DNA from: Owenia fusiformis
Taxonomy: Eukaryota
Assembly (NCBI GenBank): GCA_903813345.2
Contig: CAIIXF020000001.1
Coordinates: forward strand, 8,432,001 to 8,496,000
Direction of reading: 5' to 3'
DNA length: 64,000 nt
Shown here in pieces: positions 23,183 through 34,600 of this stretch. The notes below the pieces were generated by a model, which worked only from the letters and a program-made list of their open reading frames with translations, was not told the origin of the DNA and ran no database searches. Position 1 is the first letter of the stretch; the number at the start of each line of letters is the position of its first letter. A program made the translations under genes and the position numbers.

Positions 23183-26001
23183 ATTTTAATTTAGCGTTTT
23201 CCAGTCAATTGACAATCTTTCGAAAATAACATGTCAGAAAAGCATCAAAATACAAGTGGCAACGCATTTTATTGGCCAAACCACAAGCAATCCAAAATAT
23301 ACAAACGTTAGACTGCATCCGAAATATGAATGTAATTTTTCTCTATAATATGCTGCCGTGGAATTCGGATTTTAATATAAAGTTACTCACCTTTACAAAG
23401 TTTATTCTCACAAATCCTAACAGTATTCAAAGTTAGCTCAAACCCAAAATACGTATGTAATTATGAAACAATCACAAAGCAATGTACAATGTTCAAAGTA
23501 GTGGTTAACAATATCATATGTACATATTATTACGTAAGGTTAGTATATATGATAAAAGTGTACACTGCAGGTTTAGGTTCAGTGACCAGTTCATCAAGAA
23601 GGGTGAAAGAAAGTTGAACATCATAGTCATTCCAGTTTTTCTTTTTCTTTGCCAACCACACCATTTTCCTGCATTTGTTATTCTACAATTGACTTGCAAT
23701 GTCAGCCATTATAAATCTCCGAGTCTGTCGTGTCAATGACAAAACTTCCGAGGGAGGGTGTATTTCAAATTCTAAATGGGACTAAATGATTATCTCAACC
23801 ATTATCAGGTGATGTTATAAAGGTGCCAGATAATAATTGCATAAAATATTCACATATACGATAAAGTGGAAGGCGATCATTCTGATAGTAACATTTTCTG
23901 TTTGGCTAAGATTTAATTACCCTGCGTGCAGAGTCTAGTTAAACTACAATTAGACGAAGCTCTCTTTTAAGAAGTGAAGTCAAACGAATGCAAAGGGTAA
24001 GATTTAATTTAAGCCCATCACGACTCTTTGAATTGTGAAATATATTAAGCACGAGGGTCAGGGGCGTAGCCAGCTTTCAGGCAGGGGGGGTGCGATCGCC
24101 GAAAATTTTTCAGTTTTCGGTCAGGGAGGGTGCGATTTTGCCATAAGCAACACAAAAAATTAAGATTTCTTTTGAATTTTACAAAAATTGATGCAACTTC
24201 CTTCAAAATTGAGCTAGAAGCTTCAAATAAAAAGCATTTTTAAAGCTCTTTTCTACCTCTATCCAATAGTCATATTTTCAAAGGTTATGGGGGGGGGGTG
24301 CGATCGCACCCATCGCACCCCCCCTGGCTACGCCCATGAGGGTCTTGTATGAGACTGAATGGTAGTACCAGAGAGCCCGTGATTGAGGGCGGTAGCACAT
24401 TGTACTTGCTCGCTAACTATTTTCCTTATTCAATGATTATCATTCTTACCAAAAAACCTTTTGGGCCCGGGTTTTTGGGCCTCCGTACAATGCTAATTAC
24501 ATCCTTATTCCGAACACTCTCCCCTTTGCTATGGTACATGTACAGGGTGTCCCGAAAGTATGACCCCCCCCCCCCCTAGGCAGACATATACCAATGTTGT
24601 CATAGTATGTGTCATATATCATTTTAAAGCTTACCCAAAGTTACATTGATTCGCCAAGTATCATGGTTCAACTCTCAAATGTGAAAAAATTACAGGCATT
24701 TCAAAATTTAGAGTTTGGTCAAAATTAAGTTCAATTTTCCACCAAATCGATAGTCAATGTGTCCTCTCGGGCCATTTTAACAGCAGCAATTTTTTTCAGG
24801 TCGGATGGATATTGAGTTGGAAAAAGAGAATGGTAAGGGTAGAAAATCTAAGGAAACTCTTCTAAAGTGCCTCAACAGGTTTTAAGAGGGTTATAAAATT
24901 CCACACCCCTATTTGAAGGGCTTTTAAGGTCATAACTGAAAAGAATTGCTTGTGTTAACATGGTCAAGGGGGGACTCATTGACTAGTAATGTGATGTAAA
25001 ATTGAACTTTATTTTGACAAAACACCAACTTTTAAAATGACTGTAACTTTTTCCCATTTGGGAATTAAACCATGATACTTGGCAAATCAATGTAACTTTG
25101 GATAAGCTTTAAAATGATATATGACACATACTATGAGGACAGTGGAATATGTCTGCCTAGGGGGGGGGGTCATACTTTCGGGACACCCTGTATATTCAAA
25201 ACCTGGGACAAATAGCGTCATTCCGAGGCTTTTTGACTCTCACTTGTTCTACTATTACAAACAGGCGTCGGACAGGTGTATGGGTGTAATGCATGCTTCA
25301 GGGCCGTCGGTAAATTTTCATAATATTCATATGAAGCCCTTGAGGTAAATAAACAACTGACAGATATGAATAAACAATCATGGCTCACGCACATCAATGA
25401 TGTACTTAAATATATTTACAATGGTACTTCACCGAACTATTTAAACTTAAAACCAAGAGAAATTAAGAAATTACTGGAAAATAGATACATACAATTTTGG
25501 GAAACTAAAATAAAATCAAATAATGGTAAATTGAGGTTTTATAAGATAATAAAAGCAAAATGGAACAAGGAACCCTACTTGGATTTAATCAAAAATGAAA
25601 TAGACAGAAATAACTTGACAAAGCTAAGAATTAGCGCACATAAATTAGAAATCGAAACAGGTCGTTACACAAAACCAATTACCCCTATTGAAGAAAGAAA
25701 ATGTTTAATGTGTAACAAGAAAACCGGTTCAGAATGTCATTACCTATTAGAATGCAATAAGTTAAAAGATGTTCGGTCAAGTTACATGGATAAAATAAAA
25801 AAACACTGTCAAAATTTAGAAAACATGAATAACGTGGAACATAAATTAATGTTTCTATTTAATTCAGAGGGAATAATATTAAATATACTAGCAAAATATA
25901 TATCTAATATTTTTATCGAGAGAGAAAAAAACACGAAATGCATCCAATAAAATCTTGCAATGATCAAGCACCCTTTGATTAGTTAATATACTATATAGAT
26001 A
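23179..26001. repeat. Segmental duplication copy 2
   Basis: Mirrors 19990-22813, including identical ORFs (e.g. 25366-25950 equals 22178-22762). Confidence 0.95.
25366..25950 (+). mobile_element. Duplicate copy of the LINE ORF2 3' fragment
   Basis: Identical translation to 22178-22762. Confidence 0.8.
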
Positions 26002-26439
26002 ATTAGTTAAGCTTTTTCATTTTTTTTCTGTTTAAGCTGTACACTTTGCCCAAATGTGGGATACAAGTATAATAAAGCTCATAATAATATGATGATGGGG
26101 TGGTGACCTGATTCACAACCGACAAAACACAATCAAACACAACTAGTACCAAATTAACACAATACAAATTAATAAAATACAATCTGGCACAACCAACTAA
26201 AAACCAACATAACACAACTAGGCACAATCTGTTGTACGACCAATAAAACACGACCAAATAGGGACACGGACCATGTTATGTTCCATGTAAAGAACATAAC
26301 ATGGATTACCACCATACTCATGAGTTCGAACATCAGCAGCTATTATATGATTGACTTTGACACATGATCAGATAGTAAAATAGAGAAGGTCTACAACAGG
26401 ACTGGGATGTACAAGTTTGTTAATTTAACAATGCTACTT

Positions 26440-26492
26440 TAAAAAGATGGCAGCACTTCTGTATATTATATATGGGCGTAACCCGGAAGTAA
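26440..26492 (+). promoter_or_regulatory. Putative GGACT core promoter (YY1-like AAGATGGC, ETS motif CCGGAAGT)
   Basis: The motifs lie ~80-125 bp upstream of the ATG at 26568. Motif evidence only. Confidence 0.4.
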
Positions 26493-26567
26493 TAACAATT
26501 GACCTTGACATGTTTCCAGATGAACAAAATACAAAATCAATTTAGAATTTTCTCCAATATCTCCAAA

Positions 26568-26750
26568 ATGCAGAGGATATTTGTTTATGGTACCTTGAAA
26601 AAAGGTCAGCCTAACCATAAGTTCATCGCTGATGCTGAGAATGGAAGTTGTATTTTTATAGGAACTGGGAGAACAGTAGACAAGTGGCCACTTGTAATTG
26701 CTTCAAAGTACAACATTCCCTTTTTACTGGACAATAAAGGGCATGGGAAG
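26568..26750 (+). CDS. GGACT: Gamma-glutamylamine cyclotransferase, shared coding exon 1 (61 aa; alternative in-frame ATG at 26520)
   Basis: MQRIFVYGTLKKGQPNH...WPLVIASKYNIPFLL..GHGK carries the GGCT/AIG2-fold FVYGTL motif. Phase-0 donor AAG|GTAAAG at 26751. Confidence 0.92.
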
Positions 26751-26879
26751 GTAAAGAATCTGTTATGGTCTAAAAGAAAAATATTCTCTACGTGTTTGAT
26801 AAATACACTGTAACATGCAATTGATCATTTTGAATGAACTTTAGCAATTGTAAAAATGGACATAAAGAAACTGCACATG

Positions 26880-28053
26880 CTATCTATTGCAAGACTTATG
26901 CCTACCACAACCGTCGCCATGTAAATCAGTGTTTTTAAGTAGCGCAAGGATCCTACCATGACCGTGGTAGTGTTATCGTGTAAGCCTGGTATAACCGTGA
27001 CAGGCTGGTATAACCGTGACAATGCTGTATTATATTGCAAGGCCTGTCATGATCCTGGAAGTGTTATCTGGAAGCCTGGCGCGACCGTAGCCTTTATTGT
27101 GGTTTATAAGCGAACGTGAATATTAATGTATAGTAGTTATTTTGATTTTGACATGATTAAGGTAGTTAAACCCCATGATCATAGTATTAAACTGTTTAAT
27201 TGTAATGACGATCACTTAAAATTATTAAGGATATTCCTGGCATTAATGTCATACATATTTACTAGTCATTGCAATACATTATAACGGTCATAGTAGGACT
27301 AAGCCTAAAGTTCTACATTACCACCCTCATACCTGGCCTTGCAATACTATATTACATTGTCACGGTCATACCAGGCTTTGCGATCCCATAATACATCGTC
27401 ATGGTCATGCCAGGTTTTGAAATACACATTCTCACGGTCACTTATAGCAATTATAAATTTCTACATTACCACTCTCATACCCGAACTTGGAATACTATAT
27501 CACATTGCCACGGCGGTCTTACCAAGCCTTGCAATACTATATTACATTGTCACGGCCATGCCAGGCCTTGCAGTACTATATTACATTGCCACGGTCATGC
27601 CAGGCTTTGCAATACACATTGTCACGGTTATAGCAGTCCTAATCGTAAATTTCTACATTTCCACTCTCATACCTGAACTTGCAATACTATATTACTATAC
27701 ATTGTCACGGCCATGCCAGGCCTTGCAGTACTATATTACATTGCCACGGTCATGCCAGGCTTTGCAATACACATTGTCACGGTTATAGCAGTCCTAATCG
27801 TAAATTTCTACATTACCACTCTCATACCTGAACTTGCAATAATATATTACATTGTCACGGCCATGCCAAGCCTTGCAGAACTATATTACATTGTCATGGT
27901 CATGGCAGGCATTGCAATATAATACAGCATTGTCGCGGTTATACCAGGCTTTCACGATAACATTACCACGGTCATGGCAGGATCCTTGCGCTACTTAAAA
28001 ACACTGAATAACATGGTGACGGTTACGCCAGGCGTTAGTCTTGCAACAGATAG
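26880..28053. mobile_element. Fold-back element in the GGACT intron with an internal ~39-bp tandem array
   Basis: ~170-bp imperfect inverted arms (gtgtttttaagtagcgcaaggatcct / aggatccttgcgctacttaaaaacac). Internal repeats of cttgcaatactatattacattgtcacggccatgccagg at ~27335-27920. Confidence 0.8.
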
Positions 28054-28983
28054 GGTCTCAGAAACTGATAGAGCCCATGATGGAAATAACAAAGGGCAAT
28101 ACCAAAGTCAGCTGATTCATAATTTTATTGAGTTCTTATCAAACAAATATTTGGCCACCATATTGAATGATACTAACTGCATTTAGAGTCATCCAGCTGT
28201 GGAACAGTGAGTTTGGCTTACTCGAGTCTCTAGCTCTACTTGGCTAGAGGGGATTTCATTTGGAATACTGTGAACTCTATTTGAAAAAAGCTGGCCGTGA
28301 TGTCATAAATTTATTGAATATTTTAAAAATCTCCAGATAAATAAATCATTAATCAAACCGGACCCAGCTCGGCTCCTTGATGAGATTAGGTGCATTCATG
28401 CACCCTCTGGGTCTCTGAGGATCGTGTTGGCCCCAGCCTCTAATGCAAGTCCTTACGACAATCCAACGCATTAGAGGCGGTGTTCACCGTCTATGATGAG
28501 ATATGACATGATTTCATCAGAATTTCGTCTAAAATTAAAACAAAATGGCTCCAAGAAAAATGGCGATGTTCGAAAACTGGACGAAATGTCGTTAACGCCT
28601 GACATTAGTAACTGGCTGTAAATTTTAAGTTAGCAATCCAGAAGATGTGAACTAATACACTGATCACTTTATGTGTGTTTTGGAATTTTTGGTGAGGTAA
28701 TAAGACCAAAACTCACAATTCAAATTGTGATATGGAAAAATGGCGGACATATGATTTCAAATTTTATGATGACGACATTACATGACCAGTTGTTCATGCA
28801 GGAATATATCTGTACTGGAAGGCCACGATACAGTGGCCTAAGAAGGTAAAGTTTGGCTATCATATGTGTGGCCTCTTATATTTTGATGTTAGGCCATGAA
28901 TGAATGTTTCTATTTTTTCATATACTGTTGCATTATGGTCATTTGATTATCTTTACTCAATAGAATTTTTAATTGGACTATAG

Positions 28984-29501
28984 CACTGTTCCACAACTGG
29001 ATGACTCTAACTGCAGTTAGCTTCATTCAAGATGGTTGCCGAGATTCTTTCGTTTTCGATAAACCTCCGATTTCAGCTAAACTAAGTTGAATCTTGATTC
29101 CAAAAGTTTCGCCATGCAAATTAATAAAACTATGATTGTATTCAACCACAAATGAATGCTCTAACACCCATAATATTAGAGAATTTTAAAGAAAACGACT
29201 TCACTTAGAATGACTCTAACTGAAGTTGATGATCTACGCCATCATGACGTCATCATCAACTTCAGTTAGAGTCATTCTAAGTGAAGCCGTTTTCTTTAAA
29301 ATTCTCCAATATCGCGGTTGTTTGAGCATTTATTTGTGGTTATTTACCATCGTAGCTTTATTAATTTGCATGGCGAAACATTTGGAATCCAGATTCAACT
29401 TATTTTAGCCGAAATCGGAGGTTTATCGAAAACGAAATGATCTCGGCAACCATCTTGAATGAAGCTAACTGCAGTTAGAGTCATCCAGTTGTGGAACAGT
29501 G
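28984..29501. mobile_element. Near-perfect palindromic MITE with CACTG...CAGTG termini and 5-bp TSD (Transib-like)
   Basis: The whole element folds about ~29243. TATAG lies at 28979-28983 and 29502-29506. A related isolated end occurs at ~28172-28209. Confidence 0.88.
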
Positions 29502-30037
29502 TATAGAGTCTGAAAAAACATTGGATTGGATTGTAAAACTGAAAGCCATAGTACAGTGTAGTATTCCAGTTCCAGGTGACCATGGTGTTCCGCTTCCGTA
29601 TCAGTTCTCAGTCTAATTGAAAGCCAATGGTCAAGAACTTTATCAATAGAAACACTAACAATAATGTGTATCTTCGAAGTATCTTCTGTCTTCTTCGAAA
29701 TTCTATCAGCTATTGTATCAAAACCATCTTACTTGTGACCTCAAATGACCTTTGAATTACCCTGAGCGCAGAGGTTAGCTAAAAGTAATGAAAACTTCAA
29801 AAGTGCGAACAAAGCTTCAGTTATACATGTACGTACAGTATTGAATAATTGACCAACAACTGATCCAAATCAGAGAGTTTTGAATTCAGTACCTTTTGAA
29901 GAATTTTCACTAAGAAGATCGTTATTTTATATAGCTTATATATGACCTTTTCAGAGCGGCCATCCATGACCTCAATAATGTTGACCTTTTACAATCTCAG
30001 ATTTGAATAAGGTCCAATTGCTTACTTTTGATTCCAG

Positions 30038-30316
30038 AGAGTCACTGGTGAAGTCTACAGTGTCAATCCACAACTAAAGGCAATTTTGGACAAACTTGAA
30101 ATCAAATATCAAGAAATAGAACTAGACGTAGAGCTAGACAATCAACAAGAAGAAACTAAATGTTCATGTTATGTGATTAACAATTTTAAACAGGAGCTGA
30201 TGGAACTTGATCTACTGGAGAGCTACATCGATGTTGAACTACGATTTGTCAGACTTCAGGATAGGGAACCCAATGACTTTTATGATTATATAACTGATGT
30301 TCGCAATTTACCTTAA
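30038..30316 (+). CDS. GGACT: GGACT terminal exon 2a (gives a 153-aa isoform)
   Basis: Acceptor cttttgattccag|AGA, phase 0. Translates RVTGEVYSVNPQLKAILDKLE...CYVINNFKQEL...LESY...*. AATAAA downstream at ~30450 and ~30571. Confidence 0.8.
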   Translation, partial: RVTGEVYSVNPQLKAILDKLEIKYQEIELDVELDNQQEETKCSCYVINNFKQELMELDLLESYIDVELRFVRLQDREPNDFYDYITDVRNLP

Positions 30317-31245
30317 ACTAAAATTTCCAACTGGAGATTTGTAGTAATGTTTCCCTCATAATGACATGAATGAGTGCCCATGCATAGTTTTTAGACGACC
30401 CTTCGAAATTAGAGCGCTACAAGATGTTATCTGAGAGTCTGGAGCCATCAATAAAGCAGATAAAAGAATATCTGGTGTGCATTAATAGTGGACAGCAATT
30501 AGCAAATTGATTTTAATGCCTCCTTAAATGCTCTACAAAGGTTGTGTTATAACACATTTATGCACTAACTAATAAATTATTCTATTTAACCGAAAATTAG
30601 GAATTGAGCTTTGATAGTATTTTGTGATTGTCATAAAAAGTTAACATCACATGAATATTTATAATGACTAAATGTTTATTTATATGTGGGTATTGGTAGT
30701 ATTGTTTTATATTAAAAGAAACTCAAAAAACTATTTTGCACCTTCTTCATGGTGTTTATCAAATTATTTAGTACATTTACTAATATAGTAGTAATATAGG
30801 AAATATACATAGAACCTGAACTGCATAAATAATTAATCCTTTTGTTTTTTTAATTTTTTATTATAATATTCGATTAAATTGGACTAAAAGGATAACACAT
30901 TCTCTCATTCACTCCTTTCCTTTATGCAAAAGATAAGCAAAAAATGTCATTAAGTCATCAGTTTTGTCATGGGGTTTCTCTTGAAAGTCCATGGTTTTGT
31001 GAAGTGTTTGATGAATTGAATAATGAACATACCCTGTTTTTTATGTCAATTACAGCTGCAAAGGTAAACTAAAGGCCCTCTCTATCAGTTTAGTCAATCT
31101 GGAAAACTTTGACAAGATATGGAACACTATTGTCTCTGGAATACCATGAATATCACAGACAAGTAGTTACTGTATCATTCACGAAACCTTCTTGTTGGCA
31201 GGCACCTACAGATTCTTAAGCGAGAAAATACATTTTACTTTACAG

Positions 31246-31641
31246 AATGTCCTTGGAGAAATTTACGAAGTTGACTCAAAGATGGCAGCATTTCTGGATG
31301 AATTTGAGGATTGTCCAAAGTGGTACCAACGTGACCCCATTACTGTTGAACTTTTAAATGAACCTGATAACTCAGTCAGTATCAAAGATCAAGCCATGGA
31401 GGTAGAATCTGAAGTAAATAAAATAACAGGAACATCCACCCAAGAATGCATAGTGTATAAACTAAAGGCTTTCAAGGATGAACTTTCAAAGTTACCCACC
31501 ATCATGGATTATGATGGTTTCAAAGAACCTGTTTATGATAGTAAGGCAGACAATGAAATACCATATGGTATATACAACAATTATGATCCTATTGGTGATA
31601 CAGTAGATTCTGAAAAATTGAAGAAGTTGGGGATTGTATAA
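31246..31641 (+). CDS. GGACT: GGACT terminal exon 2b (gives a 192-aa isoform)
   Basis: Acceptor ttttactttacag|AAT, phase 0. NVLGEIYEVDSKMAAFLDEFEDCPKWYQR is the canonical catalytic segment. AATAAA at ~31859. Confidence 0.88.
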   Translation, partial: NVLGEIYEVDSKMAAFLDEFEDCPKWYQRDPITVELLNEPDNSVSIKDQAMEVESEVNKITGTSTQECIVYKLKAFKDELSKLPTIMDYDGFKEPVYDSKADNEIPYGIYNNYDPIGDTVDSEKLKKLGIV

Positions 31642-34600
31642 GAGGAGGAAATACTCCATAATTCATAGATGAACATATTTCTATGACCTAACCTCGAGAG
31701 GTTCATTTTGATTTGGAGATCTGTTCATCTTTGAAATCTGGAGTGTTCCCCTCCTCTTGGACTGTATGAAAAAAGTATGACAGCAAATGATGAAGAGTGC
31801 AAAATTGTGGAAGCATTCTTTGATTTTAAAGCAACTTTCATAATTTTTCAAAGTATACAATAAATCAGATTATAAATGGTCCATTTTGTATTTATGATTC
31901 CAAATGGAGCTATATACACAGAGATACATGTATATACAGACTATATTCATAAGATTTCTTAACCCTCGATTATCTGTTGCTGAATGTTTTGAAGTATTTA
32001 AAAATTGTATTAAACAAGAACTTTAAAGGGCCACTGACTTTAATGTAATATATTAAAGTATTAATAACGCATAGACATTAGAAGTAGCAAATAGAGTTCA
32101 CTTTATACAGCAGATAAATAAAATATAATATTATTTATATGTGAACAATTATAATCACATTTGTCCATCCTTCAAAGATCGAGCATCACTGTCCAAGTCC
32201 AAGGTCATGGAATAAACTGAAATACCATTGGATCAAGGAGGGTATTTGTCAGATTCAGATAGGATTTCTAGTTTAAATTCTTAACAACAGTTGTATACTA
32301 TTAAAATTTTCACATTCCATTAATTTAGTGAAGTTGATTGAATTCCATTATCTCCACAAATAAGTTTTACTGACATCCACTTCTTCAAAACTATTTCCAT
32401 TCATGTATACAATATTTTTAACTTGATAGAAAATTGGTGTGACAAAAAACGCTTGAGCAAATTGTAAAACTTGTAAACCTTACTCCATTGTCCTTTGTTG
32501 CCTCTTTAATTGTTGTTTATTTTAGCAGCATACTTTGTATATTATTTAGACCTCAGTTATACCTTTTACTTCAATTTTTGAGCCCTTTGGCCTGCATGTT
32601 TATATACTTTACATGTATTAGTTTTTCAGAACTATATACAGTTTGAAGTACGATATTACATATGTATGTTAAAACTACATGTACTCTACAGTAACAGGGA
32701 CCATTGTCACAACAAAATGGAGCAAGCAGATATTAGTAGAGAAATCTTAGAACATTTTCTGTGATTTTTGGTTTGAACATACACCGATACTTCAATGCAT
32801 TTACCTCAAAGACAATCAAAACTGTGATAAATGCAAGATGAGCAATCAACAGGGTAAAAAAAACTTTCAGTTATAATACAAATTGATTACTTTAAATTGT
32901 TTATGAAATATTATGATTTTATTTTGGTCATGTATGAATAGATTACTGCATAACATGCATATACAGCATTGACTGTCATTGTATAGTTTATTTTACTAAA
33001 GGTTGATAAGCCCAAGTGGGTTGGGTTGTATTTTTATAACAATTTTCTTTCATATTGTATTAATTTTATTGTAACTATTTACCACTGCAATGAAATAAAA
33101 TAAAATTGAACTAAATTTTCTATTAGCTGTCAATTTTTTAAATTTTAGAATGACCTAAGGAATAAGAAATGTCCAAAATTAGAATTTAAAAAGGAGATAT
33201 CCATTTTTTCAAAACTTTAAAAGAATACAAGCCATGCCTGAAAAGGAATGCTATGAGCAAAATATTTGTAGAATTCTGAAAATTTTCAATCAGTTACCCC
33301 CAGCCCCATCCATCCCTAGGCTTGTTGCCATCCTTAGTTTCTCCTTTTAAGCACTTTATTAACTTCAGTTCATTTTGAAAGATGGCTCTGCTACCTGGAA
33401 TAATGTGGTGAATCCCATCAAAACATCATTTATCTTTTGACAAAGATGCCATCTTTATAACATATAACCAGGATTGAGAATAAAAACAACCCTTCATGTC
33501 ACTCTCTTTACTCTCTTTATACTCATCTCCCAATCTTGAAAACGACAGACCTTTGGAAATCCAAAATGCTCTTATGATCAAAGCTAATCTGGGTCTTTTA
33601 GTTTGATGTGTTCTGATTACGATGTTTTTAATTCATATTCCTTTCCTTATTCCTTTTTTTAAACATTTTTAAAAGCTTTTAGAAGGCTTTTTGAGCATGC
33701 CAAAGTACCTTTTACTTCCAATGAGGAGGGGGACTTGGTCGCACATATTAGCTGTTAAAATATATTGTATTTGTAACATCTCTCTGATATGAAAGAAGGA
33801 ATACACTGGTTTAACAGTATGTCTAGCACTAAGATAATATGCAATAATAATTTTAGCTTTGAGAGTCGTTTTGTATGGATTTTTCAGTATGGGTGCAAGT
33901 ATGGCTGGGTGCAAGTATGGGTCATGGATATCATGTCACTCAGATTTAATTTTAAATAAAAAGGAAATCAAAAAATGAGTAGTTTTAAGATGGATCAATC
34001 TTTTAGTTTAGAATCATCATCACTAAAAGAAAAGCTCTTGAATATGTTGGATAATCTCATTAACAACTTTTATTCAACTTTATTTGTTCATTCCCATTTG
34101 TATCAGAATATATAGAAATCATAATTCTATGGAATGTTTGTCAAGTGGTTAAGTGGCTGGATCTCATGTATGCAGTTTCAATAAATGCTTGTGTGTGGGA
34201 TGACATGTATGTACAGATATTCATTGATTTGTAGACACAATTATTGTCCTATCCTGGTTTATTTTATGTTACACCATCATAATACATGTATGCTGATATA
34301 TTGAATGTATTTTGATATGTATATTGATATTTTGAAATACCCCTCCTACTTTTATTTGAGATGGAACATTTTAGATGCTCCAAAAATATGTTTGTTAAAT
34401 GATTGGTGACAATCTTTCCCCCCATATTTTTCAGTTGAAACACCCCCTTTAGTGTTTAGTGACAACATGAAAACTACCTCAATGAAATAGAACATATTGT
34501 AAGTCTAATTCTCATAAAAAGACTTTTGAATCAAAAAGTAACTGAGCAAAAATTTATATGTCAGGATTTTGTTTTAAAAGATAAAAAATCCATACTGTTT

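Noticed and set aside
27339-27922. Hydrophobic repetitive ORFs in the GGACT intron
   Set aside because: They are translations of a ~39-bp tandem repeat inside a fold-back element.
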